The notes below the pieces were generated by a model. It worked only from the letters and a program-made list of their open reading frames with translations. It did not search any database and was not told the DNA's origin. From the NCBI GenBank assembly GCA_047285535.1, contig JBJBDC010000001.1, positions 1,408,136 to 1,472,135 of the forward strand: 64,000 nucleotides of DNA, in the 5' to 3' direction. Below are positions 20,817 to 31,282 of the stretch, piece after piece. Source of the stretch: Synechococcus sp. Its GTDB lineage: Bacteria > Cyanobacteriota > Cyanobacteriia > PCC-6307 > Cyanobiaceae. A program made the translations under genes and the position numbers. Each line of letters starts with the position of its first letter. Within the stretch, counting starts at the first letter, position 1.

Positions 20817-21563
20817 ATGAAGTCCCCTCGCTGGCTAAACCGGCTAGGCAGCAGTCTGCTGATCGGCGGGCAAGCTGTCACAGCCACAACAAAAGGTCGA
20901 ATCAACTCGATTGATTTGCTCGATCAACTTCAAGAAGCTGGACCTGGAACCTTTTTGATCGTGATCATCACGGGATTGGCGGCAGGAACCGTCTTCAACA
21001 TTCAGGTCACCGCAGAACTGAGTAACATGGGCGCAGGGTCCACCGTAGGAGGAGTGCTGGCCACTGGCCTCGCCCGGGAAATTGCTCCTCTACTGACAGC
21101 AACCCTCCTCACAGGAAAGGTTGCCACCGCCTACGCCGCACAGCTGGGAACCATGAGGGTGACCGAGCAGATTGATGCCATCACGATGCTGCGCACAGAT
21201 CCCGTGGAGTACTTGGTTGTTCCACGCCTTGTCGCCATGGTGGTGATGGCTCCAGTGCAATGCCTGGTTTTCTTTGGAGTGGCGATCTGGAGCGGTCAAA
21301 TCAGCAGCACCAGTCTCTACAGCATTCCTCCAGCTGTTTTTTGGACTTCAGTACGGACATGGCTACAGCCTGATGACCTGCCATTCATGCTCATCAAGGC
21401 CCTGGTCTTTGGTCTACAAATTGGCGTGATTGCTTGTGGATGGGGAATGACCACCAAGGGCGGCCCTAAAGAAGTTGGAACGAGTACGACTGGGGCCGTA
21501 GTCATGATCCTCGTCACTGTGGCACTCATGGATGTGGTGCTCACTCAAATCCTGTTCGGCTAA
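20817..21563 (+). CDS. mlaE: MlaE-family lipid ABC transporter permease
   Basis: REIAPLLTA, AQLGTMRVTEQIDA, GGPKEVGTSTT. Confidence 0.92.
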   Translation: MKSPRWLNRLGSSLLIGGQAVTATTKGRINSIDLLDQLQEAGPGTFLIVIITGLAAGTVFNIQVTAELSNMGAGSTVGGVLATGLAREIAPLLTATLLTGKVATAYAAQLGTMRVTEQIDAITMLRTDPVEYLVVPRLVAMVVMAPVQCLVFFGVAIWSGQISSTSLYSIPPAVFWTSVRTWLQPDDLPFMLIKALVFGLQIGVIACGWGMTTKGGPKEVGTSTTGAVVMILVTVALMDVVLTQILFG

Positions 21564-21575
21564 TTCCACAATCCA

Positions 21576-21974
21576 ATGACACCCTCACCAGATTGCAAAA
21601 CTGTCATCATCAGACCGAGTCCAAGGTTGCCGCTTGTCATCCTGCTGTTCAGTGCGGCTCTATTGCTCTTACCCCTGCGGCCCTTGCCAACCCTTGTACT
21701 GAGCCTGTTCAGTGTTTTTCTGCTGGTGCAGACCTACAGCCTGAAGCTCGAATTCAGCGAGACTGATTTGGTGGTGCGGCGAGGGCAAAACGAGTTGCGT
21801 CGTTTTCCTTACAGAGAATGGATGACGTGGAGACTCTTTGCACCCTGGCTGCCTGGACTGTTTTATTTCCGTGAAACCAAGAGTATTCATTTCCTTCCGA
21901 TCCTCTTCAAACCAGAAGAACTGCGAGAACAATTGGAACAAAGGGTGGGCCACTTAGAGCGAGTTGAACCCTGA
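21576..21974 (+). CDS. Conserved cyanobacterial membrane protein (DUF3119-like)
   Basis: RRFPY.EW..W, LFYFRETKSIHFLPILF. Confidence 0.8.
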   Translation: MTPSPDCKTVIIRPSPRLPLVILLFSAALLLLPLRPLPTLVLSLFSVFLLVQTYSLKLEFSETDLVVRRGQNELRRFPYREWMTWRLFAPWLPGLFYFRETKSIHFLPILFKPEELREQLEQRVGHLERVEP

Positions 21975-22100
21975 ACGAACCATCCCTTCCCCTCACCCGA
22001 TTACTCCTTGATCACAACACCAAGGCTTTCAAACCTTTTCACTCAGGGGTGTGACGAGTGGCATTCGATCAGCTGAAATAACCAAAGGAGGAGAAGAACC

Positions 22101-23132
22101 ATGCCCGACGAGACCGATCTGATGCCCCAAGACAGCTCCCACGACAAGGATCAAACGTCGTCACCGGAGACCACAGAAGCCAATAGCAAAGACAGCTCCA
22201 TCAGCCCCCCCTTCGAGCACTCTTCGGCCCATCCCCAACCAACAGCAAAAGAGCCCACGGCTGGCGAAGCCTTACTCAGACTTGCCCTGACTGACCTGGA
22301 GGAGCGCCGTGAGGGCTTGCAGCAAGAGATCAAAAGCCTGAACCAGCGGAAACGGCAACTTGAACAGGAGATCACCAGCAGCTTCGTGGGTCAGTCCGAT
22401 TCCCTTGCCCGGCGCGTTAAGGGATTTCAGGAATATCTGAGCGGCGCACTGCAGGACATGGCTCAATCAGTGGAGCAGCTGGAGCTGGTGGCCCAGCCTT
22501 TGGTGGTGCAGCCTTCACCACTTGATCAACAGCCCACTGCCATCGTTGATGGGATTAAGACTAAAGAGCAAGCGCCGGCTGTCGCTGACACCTTTCGACC
22601 CGATGAAGCACTGATTCGCTCCAATCTCGAGCGTTTTCTCGAGCAACCGGACTTTTATGCCGATCCCTGGAAGCTGCGTCGCAGCCTCGACAACAATGAC
22701 ATCGCCTTGCTGGACGACTGGTTTTTCAATCAGGGCGGACGTGGAGCCCAGTCCAGTTGTGGGAGCCGCACCCGAAATGCTTTGGTGAGCAGTGCCCTCA
22801 TTGCCATTCTCAGCGATCTCTATGGCGATCAATTCCAGACACTTGTACTGGCTGGGCAACCAGAGCGACTCGGGGAGTGGCGTCGCGGATTACAAGATGC
22901 CCTGGGTTTAGGACGCGAAGACTTTGGTCCAAATAGCGGCATCGTTCTATTTGAACGCGGCGATGCTTTAGTAGAACGTGCCGACCGTCTCGAAGAGCGC
23001 GGTGAACTCCCACTGATCGTGATCGATGCCGCTGAGCGAGTTGTCGACATTCCAGTCCTGCAGTTTCCTCTTTGGCTGGCGTTCGCGGCTGGGCCTGGTG
23101 AAACCTTCGAGGACGATAACGAGCTGCTCTGA
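22101..23132 (+). CDS. Conserved cyanobacterial coiled-coil protein (DUF3086-like)
   Basis: RVKGFQEYLSGALQD, PDFYADPW, ERLGEWRRGLQD; AAGGAGG upstream. Confidence 0.8.
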   Translation: MPDETDLMPQDSSHDKDQTSSPETTEANSKDSSISPPFEHSSAHPQPTAKEPTAGEALLRLALTDLEERREGLQQEIKSLNQRKRQLEQEITSSFVGQSDSLARRVKGFQEYLSGALQDMAQSVEQLELVAQPLVVQPSPLDQQPTAIVDGIKTKEQAPAVADTFRPDEALIRSNLERFLEQPDFYADPWKLRRSLDNNDIALLDDWFFNQGGRGAQSSCGSRTRNALVSSALIAILSDLYGDQFQTLVLAGQPERLGEWRRGLQDALGLGREDFGPNSGIVLFERGDALVERADRLEERGELPLIVIDAAERVVDIPVLQFPLWLAFAAGPGETFEDDNELL

Positions 23133-23719
23133 TGGGTTTCCTTTCTCTACTCCTCGGCTACTTACTCGGATCCATCCCCAGTGGCTGGCTTGCTGGACGC
23201 TGGCTGAAGGGAATTGACTTGCGGGAGCTGGGTTCAGGCTCCACGGGTGCAACCAACGTTCTGCGTCAAGTGGGTAAAGGTCCTGCCCTGGTGGTCTTTC
23301 TGGTCGATGTCAGCAAAGGAGCCGCCGCTGTCTTGCTGGCCAGAGCTATTGGGCTCGGCGACTGGATTCAGGTGCTCGCAGGCCTTGCCGCCCTAGCTGG
23401 CCACATCTGGCCCGTTTGGTTGAGGTTCAAAGGAGGAAAAGCGGTCGCGACCGGCTTCGGAATGTTTCTAGGCCTGGCCTGGCCTGCAGGGCTGGCCAGT
23501 TTTGGAGTTTTTTTAGCGACACTTGGCCTCTTCCGGATTGTGTCGCTTGCCAGCGTCGTGGCCGCCATCAGCTTACCCCTGCTAATGAGCCTGCTATCAG
23601 TCAGCGGCCCTTCCCTACTCATCGCGCTGATTGCCATGGGGTTGGTCCTCTGGCGTCACCGCAGCAACCTGTCAAGGATCATGGAAGGAAGCGAGCCAAA
23701 AATTGGCAAGACCAACTAG
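23132..23719 (+). CDS. plsY: Glycerol-3-phosphate acyltransferase PlsY
   Basis: YLLGSIP, GSGSTGATN, GHIWPV..FKGGKAVAT, RHRSN. Confidence 0.96.
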   Translation: MGFLSLLLGYLLGSIPSGWLAGRWLKGIDLRELGSGSTGATNVLRQVGKGPALVVFLVDVSKGAAAVLLARAIGLGDWIQVLAGLAALAGHIWPVWLRFKGGKAVATGFGMFLGLAWPAGLASFGVFLATLGLFRIVSLASVVAAISLPLLMSLLSVSGPSLLIALIAMGLVLWRHRSNLSRIMEGSEPKIGKTN

Positions 23720-23743
23720 ACCTTCGCTGCATGTTGGATGCAA

Positions 23744-24475
23744 TCACATGGTCAAAGCAGCACAACACTCCTCAAAGGCTCCACTCGGATCCACAGCTTT
23801 GGTGATCGGCCGGCCGATCACGATCTGAGAAGCCCCGGCCAAGATCGCTTCGTTTGGGGTCATCACCCGTACCTGATCGCCCACAGCACTGCCTTTAGGA
23901 CGAATTCCTGGGGTTACAAGAGTAAATGGCTTTGGATGCTGAGCTCGCAAGGCCGCGACCTCTAATGGAGAAGACACACAACCGCCAATGCCAGCTGTTG
24001 CGGCCAGATGAGCCAGCCCCATCACCCGCTCGGCGATGCCTTGCTCGAGTGCAAGCTCTTGCTGCAGCCGATGCTCTTTCCAGCTGGTAAGCACCGTCAC
24101 CGCGAGCAATGTGGGCCTTGCCATGCCAGTGGATGCTGCCCCAGCGTCCACCGCAGCCTGGGCGGCCTTGAGAGCTTCATGGCCGGCGCAGGCATGGACC
24201 GTGATGAGCTCCGCGCCTAGTTCAGCAGCACGCCTGGAGGCTCTAGCCATCGTCGTGGGTATGTCATGAAACTTGAGATCCAGAAACACTCGCTGTCCCT
24301 GATCACGCAATTGAGTCACTATGTCAGGCCCCGCCTTCACGAATAGCTCCAGGCCTACTTTCACCCACTCAAGACCTTTTACCTTGCGGCTGAACAACAG
24401 GGCCTCTTCCGGCTCCATGCCATCCAGGGCCACAATAATCCGTTCAGCTGATTGAGAAGAAACAAAAGCGGCCAC
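23744..24475 (-). CDS. pyrF: Orotidine-5'-phosphate decarboxylase
   Basis: [32 protein letters not shown]. Confidence 0.97.
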   Translation of the reverse strand: MAAFVSSQSAERIIVALDGMEPEEALLFSRKVKGLEWVKVGLELFVKAGPDIVTQLRDQGQRVFLDLKFHDIPTTMARASRRAAELGAELITVHACAGHEALKAAQAAVDAGAASTGMARPTLLAVTVLTSWKEHRLQQELALEQGIAERVMGLAHLAATAGIGGCVSSPLEVAALRAQHPKPFTLVTPGIRPKGSAVGDQVRVMTPNEAILAGASQIVIGRPITKAVDPSGAFEECCAALTM

Positions 24476-25021
24476 ACTTTATCTGCAGAAGATCCAGGTC
24501 GTGCAATTTAAATAGCAATTCGGTCGAACAGACCTGCCCGTGAACACAATCTGCAAGGAAACGATCCTGCATGCCATTAACTCGTAACACACCTCCAGCC
24601 AAAAGCAGCTACCAAAGAGCATCAGCCAGTGGCACAACGTTGTAGTCCATCTTCCGACTCAAAAATTGATCCAAAGGCCACACTGACCTTCATCCAATCG
24701 ATTCGCAGGGCGATCGATCTTGGGTTCACACAACCAGGCCTCGATCTTCGTGCTTGGATCCATGCTTATGAAGCGAGAGACCTCGCCAAACTCTCAATCA
24801 ACAGCAAATCCATGAATCACAACAATCCTGTAGGCTACAAGATTCAAAGAATTGTTCACGTCAATCGAAAGATTCAAGATGTCAATCACAAGAACCTTCA
24901 ACCCTCACCCGAGGCAAAGGCCACCATCAAAACGAATCACAAAGACTAGGAACTAACTCCACTAAAACGCAAGATTACAGCCAATATCCAAGCACTTAAT
25001 ATGCAGACTCTGCGAAAACAA

Positions 25022-25426
25022 TCAATACAAAACCGGCCTTACAGAACGCCTTCGTCCTAATACCTTGCGCTCTACCACACCTTTTTTCTTTTGATAATGA
25101 ACTAAGCGGTCACCCTCAAGAGTGTTCATGCTTTGAATACCAGCCTGTCGATAATCACGACCAAACGGAACAACCCAAGCCTTCCCATTACGCATCACAT
25201 AGACGAGGAATCGATTGTCTTCACTAATGCAAAATCGCACATTTACGTCATCAAAAACTCCAACATCGCTGCCAAATTCGGCCTCACTGTAATCACACGC
25301 TTGAGCTCGCTCATACTCATCCTTAATCCCAGCAATGGATGGGCAGGCTATAATCACACTTATCCAAAAGATAAACAGTATCCTGAAGATTGAGCGTGAA
25401 GATTTCACTTCAGCCACGTTGGTCAC
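25022..25426 (-). CDS. Secreted hypothetical protein
   Basis: Signal peptide-like N-terminus; 134-aa ORF in the pyrF-tyrS islet. Confidence 0.7.
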   Translation of the reverse strand: MTNVAEVKSSRSIFRILFIFWISVIIACPSIAGIKDEYERAQACDYSEAEFGSDVGVFDDVNVRFCISEDNRFLVYVMRNGKAWVVPFGRDYRQAGIQSMNTLEGDRLVHYQKKKGVVERKVLGRRRSVRPVLY

Positions 25427-25491
25427 AACATCGATCTGCAGCAGTCATAGCAGCACATCAAAGCTCTGGTCATCCAGGTACCGTTCCAGCC

Positions 25492-26739
25492 TTAGCGAAC
25501 TAATCGCTTGAATGTCTTTTTCCCAAGCTGAAGCACCTTGCCTTCCAAGTCAGTAGACGAAGCAAATTCCAGATTGGGATCAGTGATCTTTTCCCCATCA
25601 AGCCGTGCCGCGCCCCCTTTAATCTGCCGACGCGCTTCGCTACTGCTTGCACAGATACCTACAGCACTCAGCAAATAAAATGCCTTAGCCGGAAAATTAA
25701 CTTCGGCCAGGGAAACTTCTGGCACATCTGCATCTGCGTCACCCGCACCACCCACCAAGGAGGCGGCATCAGCCTGAGCTTTCTGAGCCACCTCCAATCC
25801 GTAACGGTTTGCTGTTACCTCCAGAGCCATTGTTTTCTGTCTCTCACGCGGATCGTCCGGCAAAACATCTTGTGCCAGATCTGTTAACAACAACACATAG
25901 TCGTTGATGGCAGCATCACCGACTTTTTCGAGCTTGGAATACATCGAAAGTGGATCTTCCTCTAGACCCACCGTGTTGCCCAGACTCTTACTCATTTTCT
26001 GAACCCCATCAAGACCCACCAGAATTGGCAGAAGCAAACCGAATTGTGTTCTCCGGCCAAAATGACGCTGTAAGTCACGGCCCATGGCCACATTGAATTT
26101 CTGATCGGTACCTCCCAACTCCACATCAGCATCAACAGCTACAGAGTCATATCCCTGCAATAAGGGGTAAAGGAACTCATGCAAAGCGATTGGGCTGCCG
26201 CTTCCATAACGCTTGGCAAAGTCATCTTTCGCGAGCATTTGCCCCACAGTTGTCGTTCCTAAAAGGCCAATCACCTTGGAAAGATCAAGGCCCTCAAGCC
26301 ATTCACTGTTGCGACGCACCTCCAGACGCCCTGGGGTTTCAAAGTCAAGCAGCCCCTGGCCCTTAGGCTTGCCCTGCCCAAGTTGGCGTAAGTAAGTCGC
26401 TGCATTGGCATCGACCTGATCAGTCGTGAGCTGTACCCGTGTGGCGCTCTTGCCCGTTGGATCACCAATGCGGGCGGTGAAATCACCAATGATCAAGACT
26501 GCCGTATGCCCTGCATCCTGAAATGCCCGAAGTTTGCGAAACAAAATGCTGTGGCCAAGGTGAATATCACTTCCGGTTGGGTCAATGCCCAGCTTCACTC
26601 GCAGTGGACGCTGTTCAGCCTCAGCAACTGCCAAACGTGCTGCTAGAGCCTGATCCCCATCGGCAGGGTCTCCATCTGGAAATAAATCATCTATCCCCCT
26701 GGCCAGCCAAGGAGGCAGGGAATGGGGATGGACTTGCAT
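25492..26739 (-). CDS. tyrS: Tyrosine--tRNA ligase
   Basis: [32 protein letters not shown]-terminal S4 domain. Confidence 0.97.
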   Translation of the reverse strand: MQVHPHSLPPWLARGIDDLFPDGDPADGDQALAARLAVAEAEQRPLRVKLGIDPTGSDIHLGHSILFRKLRAFQDAGHTAVLIIGDFTARIGDPTGKSATRVQLTTDQVDANAATYLRQLGQGKPKGQGLLDFETPGRLEVRRNSEWLEGLDLSKVIGLLGTTTVGQMLAKDDFAKRYGSGSPIALHEFLYPLLQGYDSVAVDADVELGGTDQKFNVAMGRDLQRHFGRRTQFGLLLPILVGLDGVQKMSKSLGNTVGLEEDPLSMYSKLEKVGDAAINDYVLLLTDLAQDVLPDDPRERQKTMALEVTANRYGLEVAQKAQADAASLVGGAGDADADVPEVSLAEVNFPAKAFYLLSAVGICASSSEARRQIKGGAARLDGEKITDPNLEFASSTDLEGKVLQLGKKTFKRLVR

Positions 26740-26775
26740 AACGGAAGCTCTCTGTTGTGCAGCGGATCGTACGGC

Positions 26776-27105
26776 TCACGATCCTTCAGATTGTTCTAGC
26801 TGGCTTTTCATTCGTTCCAGAGTCTGATTCATCTGCTCGAACATCTGTTCTGGAGTGATCCCAAACTGACTCAGCTGCGTACGCAGCTGTTCAACCGTGA
26901 GCTTGGCTTGGAAGTCTTCCGAGAGTTCAAAGCGCTTCATGAAAACGCGATAACGAGCCATCAGATCTTCCATCGTGTCAATGAACTTCTTTTTCCCTTC
27001 ACGATCAAACTTTCCATAATCCGACCCCAGTTGCATCAACTGCTGATAATCACCAAACAGATGCTTCGCCTCTTCCTGCACGATCTCGGAATCGAAGAAG
27101 GCCAT
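26776..27105 (-). CDS. Conserved cyanobacterial protein (DUF1825-like)
   Basis: MAFFDSEIVQEEAK, FDREGK, FMKRFELSED. Confidence 0.85.
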   Translation of the reverse strand: MAFFDSEIVQEEAKHLFGDYQQLMQLGSDYGKFDREGKKKFIDTMEDLMARYRVFMKRFELSEDFQAKLTVEQLRTQLSQFGITPEQMFEQMNQTLERMKSQLEQSEGS

Positions 27106-27211
27106 GGTCTTGCGAAAGAATCATTCATAGTTTGAACAATTGATTGAATTCCTCACAGTGCGGATCCACGCCCTCTAACCGAAGCCAACATGTCCTTAGC
27201 GGCAAGATCAC

Positions 27212-27940
27212 GTGGATCTCACCTCCCAGATCCCCAGACTTCAGACACGCAGTCGTGAAGGTCATAGTTTTCTGCGCAGCAGCCGCACAGCAATTGCCAC
27301 AGCGGATCGAGTTTTATTAGCGAGCTGGATGGGCTGGTTTCAGGATCTTGGGCACCTGGTTGGTGCAACCACCACAGAAGAGGATTGCATTAAAAGCCTG
27401 CAACACACAGAAGCTGACCTCCTGATCTGCACTGACCAGCTTGAGGGCGGAAACGGTGTCAGTCTTGTACGAAGTGCCAAGCAGCACAAGCCGACGCTGA
27501 AAACTTTGCTCCTTGTTCAACGGCCAATTTTGCGCACGATTCTTCAAGCGATTGATGCGTCTTGTGATGGATTGTGCTCCCATCAAAACGTTGGCTCTGG
27601 AACCGTCACGGCAGCGCTGACAGCGATCGAATCCGATGGTTCATACCTTGACCCGGAGATCGCCGGCGTTTTACGTCACGGTCGACTGGGACGCTCAAAT
27701 GCTCTCGCCATGCCTACCGAGCTCAGTGTCAAAGAAGAAGACGTACTGCGCGGACTCTGCAAGGGCATGAGCAATCAGGACATTGCAGACAGCCTTGTCA
27801 TCTCGATCGACACAGTGAAATCACATATCGGCAGCCTGTTACGCAAACTGAAAGCCAACAATCGCACCCATGCGGTTGTCGTTGCCTTTCAAGAAGGACT
27901 GGTCGACATGCCATCCCAACCACCGCGCTGGACCCCCTAA
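27212..27940 (+). CDS. LuxR/NarL-type regulator with an atypical receiver domain
   Basis: LSVKEEDVL..LCKGMSNQDIAD.L.IS..TVKSH HTH. Confidence 0.9.
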   Translation: MDLTSQIPRLQTRSREGHSFLRSSRTAIATADRVLLASWMGWFQDLGHLVGATTTEEDCIKSLQHTEADLLICTDQLEGGNGVSLVRSAKQHKPTLKTLLLVQRPILRTILQAIDASCDGLCSHQNVGSGTVTAALTAIESDGSYLDPEIAGVLRHGRLGRSNALAMPTELSVKEEDVLRGLCKGMSNQDIADSLVISIDTVKSHIGSLLRKLKANNRTHAVVVAFQEGLVDMPSQPPRWTP

Positions 27941-27994
27941 CGCCTACGGCTTGATGTCGGTATGGTCCTGGCCAAGGAGCAACTCATCAAAGCA

Positions 27995-28573
27995 ATGGCG
28001 CGCCAGCACTGGCTTGATCCTCTAGCTCGCAAGCTTTTACAGGTCACCGGCGACCTACCAAAGGACCCTCGTCCCAGGCCTATTGACGAGACTAGGAATG
28101 AGCCTGACCCAGTTGAAAGATGGAGACTGGACGTCAACCGAGCCACTCCTGAGCTTTGGCAGAAACTGCCTGGTTGCAGTGAGGACATGGTCGACGTTCT
28201 GATGAGACTCCAGCGAGGTGGGGTGCAATTCACCCACCTGGATGATCTCGCCTTGCTGCTTGACCTTCCTCCCGATCTCGTTGAACTCTGGAAGCCCCAT
28301 CTCTTATTTCGCTGGCATGGAGACGCTCCTGTTCTGCCTGACCAGCCTCCACTGAATCTCAATGCTGCAGCTCCTTCGTTGCTGGAGCAGACACTGCAAT
28401 GGCCAAAGCCGAGGCTTCAAGGTTTAATCCAGGAACGCCGCCGTCAGCCGTTCGAGCATCTCGCTGATCTGCAGGAAAGGCTTTGTCTACCACCTGATGT
28501 CGTGGAGCAACTGATTGGGCGTGTGAGCTTTGGGGCCCGACCATCAGGACCTAGCCTCCCTCCTAGGAGCTAG
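27995..28573 (+). CDS. Helix-hairpin-helix (ComEA-like) DNA-binding protein
   Basis: LDVNRATPELWQKLPG and LNLNAA repeats. Confidence 0.8.
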   Translation: MARQHWLDPLARKLLQVTGDLPKDPRPRPIDETRNEPDPVERWRLDVNRATPELWQKLPGCSEDMVDVLMRLQRGGVQFTHLDDLALLLDLPPDLVELWKPHLLFRWHGDAPVLPDQPPLNLNAAAPSLLEQTLQWPKPRLQGLIQERRRQPFEHLADLQERLCLPPDVVEQLIGRVSFGARPSGPSLPPRS

Positions 28574-28577
28574 GTCA

Positions 28578-29168
28578 ATGACGACCGGAGCACACCAGGG
28601 CAATCTTTTCGAACAGCCCTTGGCAAAAACAGAAGGGCTTTCCGAGCCTTCTCTGCCTCTGAGTGCAACGCTGCTGCGGGAGTGGCAGCAACGGATTTAT
28701 AAGTTTCAATCACCTCTTTTCGAAGATCAAAACCAACGCGCCATCCAACCCCAACTCTTTACCACAAGCACTTCCAATCGCCTGAGTGACTTTCGACCCT
28801 TGGGACTCAGGCCCTTACCTCTGAGCTTCTGGCGCTGGCCCAAGAGTCCTCATCAAGGTGCAGCCATCTATTTTGTGATGGATCGCCCCATTGAACTTCA
28901 ACAGCCCATTCTTCTGTACATAGGCGAAACCAAGGCAGCAGATCGTCGATGGAAGGGCGAACATGACTGCAAGGCCTATCTGGCGAGCTATCAAGAAGCC
29001 TGCATGAGCGCAGGCTTGTGCTGCAGCCCAAGCATTCGTTTCTGGGCTGATGTTCCTCAGAAGACCAGCACGCGACGTCAACTCGAACAAAGTCTTATTC
29101 GCCTATGGCAACCTCCGTTCAACAAAGAAACGCGTGAGCGTTGGTCCACCCCGTTCCATGCCAGCTAA
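28578..29168 (+). CDS. GIY-YIG nuclease family protein
   Basis: AIYFV...LYIGET..ADRRW, LEQ.LI..WQPPFN. Confidence 0.85.
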   Translation: MTTGAHQGNLFEQPLAKTEGLSEPSLPLSATLLREWQQRIYKFQSPLFEDQNQRAIQPQLFTTSTSNRLSDFRPLGLRPLPLSFWRWPKSPHQGAAIYFVMDRPIELQQPILLYIGETKAADRRWKGEHDCKAYLASYQEACMSAGLCCSPSIRFWADVPQKTSTRRQLEQSLIRLWQPPFNKETRERWSTPFHAS

Positions 29169-29208
29169 GGGCGCCTCTTAGCATCAGCGCAAGCGTCAAC
29201 CCTTCTCT

Positions 29209-30699
29209 ATGCATATCTCCCTTTCCTCGGCCCAGGCTCAGGCATGGTCAGGGAACGTTTTGGCCATAGGCATCGCGAAGGGGGATCCCCATGGCTGGAT
29301 TCCAGCTATGGAAGAGCGCTTTTCAATCTCTCTCGGCGAATGGTTGGAACAACGAAAATTTCAAGGGAAATGTGGAGAGAGTGCGAGCCTTCAATTACTC
29401 AATCCAGAGTGCACGTGCCTGGTGCTAATCGGCATTGGACCTCTTGAGTCCATTGAAGTCAATGTCTTCCGACGGGCCGCTGCAGCTGCAGCCCGCGCAA
29501 GCCAGGACCAGAGCGGCAGCCTTGGCTTGTTACTCCCGTGGGACGCTGTTGATACAGAACATGCTGTAACCGCTGCAGCTCAGGCCGTCAGGCTTGTTCT
29601 CTATAGCGATCAACGTTTCCGCGGCAAACCGGATCCCAGCGTTCATCCTGAGCGACTGGAGCTGCTTGGCCCCGTGCCGACTTCCCTTAGCAGGGCCCTC
29701 GAAGCCATCAATCCCATTTGTGCTGGGGTCGAACTCGCAAGAGAACTTGTTGCCGCTCCTCCAAACAGCGTTACTCCATCCACCCTTGCCGATAGTGCGG
29801 CTCAGATCGCGCAAGCGCATGGATTGGAGTTAAAGGTCCTGGAGCGCAGCGACTGTGAAGGCAGAGGGATGGGGTCATTCCTCTCGGTCTGTCAAGGCTC
29901 AGATATGGACCCCAAATTCATCCATCTCACTTATCACCCTCCCGGCCCAGCATCAAGGCGTTTGGTCTTGGTAGGCAAGGGCCTCACCTTCGATTCTGGC
30001 GGTTACAACCTGAAAGTGGGTGCTGCTCAGATCGACATGATGAAGTTCGATATGGGAGGCAGTGCTGCGGTACTTGGAGCAATGCGCTCAATTGCAGAGC
30101 TCCGTCCTGACGGCGTGGAAGTGCACATGTTGGTGGCGGCCTGCGAAAACATGATTAATGGCTCAGCAGTGCACCCCGGCGACATCGTCACGGCCTCCAA
30201 TGGCACCACCATTGAGATCAACAACACGGATGCTGAAGGCCGATTGACTCTTGCTGATGCACTGGTCTATGCATCCGGACTGGAGCCCGATGCCATCGTT
30301 GACCTTGCAACATTGACCGGTGCATGCGTCATCGCACTCGGTGACGAAATTGCTGGTCTTTGGACCTGCGACAACGATCTGGCCTCCGCATTGGAAAGGG
30401 CAGCGTCAGATGCGGGGGAAGGACTTTGGCGTATGCCAATGCACAACTCCTACCGAAAAGGCCTTAAATCACTTCTTGCAGATTTGAAAAATACAGGTCC
30501 CCGTCCTGGAGGCTCCATTACAGCCGCGTTGTTTCTCAAGGAATTTGTCCACAGCTCCATTCCGTGGGCACATATCGATATTGCGGGCACGGTATGGAGC
30601 GATAAAGGGAGAGGGGTGGATCCACCTGGGGCAACTGGATACGGGGTGAGAACCTTAGTGAATTGGGTATGTTCTCAAACACAACAGGCCGAGACTTAG
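29209..30699 (+). CDS. pepA: Leucyl aminopeptidase (M17)
   Basis: VGKGLTFDSGG, MKFDMGG, NTDAEGRL, ATLTGA, AHIDIAG. Confidence 0.97.
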   Translation: MHISLSSAQAQAWSGNVLAIGIAKGDPHGWIPAMEERFSISLGEWLEQRKFQGKCGESASLQLLNPECTCLVLIGIGPLESIEVNVFRRAAAAAARASQDQSGSLGLLLPWDAVDTEHAVTAAAQAVRLVLYSDQRFRGKPDPSVHPERLELLGPVPTSLSRALEAINPICAGVELARELVAAPPNSVTPSTLADSAAQIAQAHGLELKVLERSDCEGRGMGSFLSVCQGSDMDPKFIHLTYHPPGPASRRLVLVGKGLTFDSGGYNLKVGAAQIDMMKFDMGGSAAVLGAMRSIAELRPDGVEVHMLVAACENMINGSAVHPGDIVTASNGTTIEINNTDAEGRLTLADALVYASGLEPDAIVDLATLTGACVIALGDEIAGLWTCDNDLASALERAASDAGEGLWRMPMHNSYRKGLKSLLADLKNTGPRPGGSITAALFLKEFVHSSIPWAHIDIAGTVWSDKGRGVDPPGATGYGVRTLVNWVCSQTQQAET

Positions 30700-30731
30700 G
30701 TTTTTCTGAGATTGTGAATCGACGTAAGCGA

Positions 30732-30968
30732 ATGGCCTCAAGACCCTTGCGCTGGTATGTGCGGGCTCAACTTGGAGTTCTCCTTCTCCCCGCAGGACTC
30801 TGTCTGTTCGGAGAAGCCATCAGTCGAAGAATCATTCAGCTGCTTGGCCAAGATCGTGGACCATGGTTTTGGTATGGCACTTTGAGCTTGATTTGCATCA
30901 ACGCAGGAATAGGCCTAATGATCGAAAGTGGTTTATTCCGAGGATATCCAGGACGACAGCTGGATTAA
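30732..30968 (+). CDS. Small two-TM hypothetical membrane protein
   Basis: Two hydrophobic helices; WFWYGTLSL. Confidence 0.7.
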   Translation: MASRPLRWYVRAQLGVLLLPAGLCLFGEAISRRIIQLLGQDRGPWFWYGTLSLICINAGIGLMIESGLFRGYPGRQLD

Positions 30969-31138
30969 GACGCGACAGCAGTGACTACACGAGGACATTC
31001 CAATGCATGAATTTGCCAACGTGCTCTGTCAGAACAACTCGCTAAAACACGATCCAAATCATCGGAAGCCTGCTTAGTTGAAGGATATGGACCCACGTGT
31101 CGCGTCACCAGACCATCCTTGATCGTCAGCAGATACAT
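30965..31138 (-). CDS. Small conserved hypothetical protein
   Basis: MYLLTIKDGLVTRHVGPY...ARWQIHALECP. Confidence 0.7.
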   Translation of the reverse strand: MYLLTIKDGLVTRHVGPYPSTKQASDDLDRVLASCSDRARWQIHALECPRVVTAVAS

Positions 31139-31282
31139 ACAGCCCCTCCACAAAAACTTGGACCAATGTTAAGGACAAAGTATTGACTCGTCGAGAGGGG
31201 AAAACCCTCATGTTTACTGAGAAATGCCTGAATCAAGTCAAAAGGCAAATCACAGAATTTCTTTATATTTCACCCGTTTATG

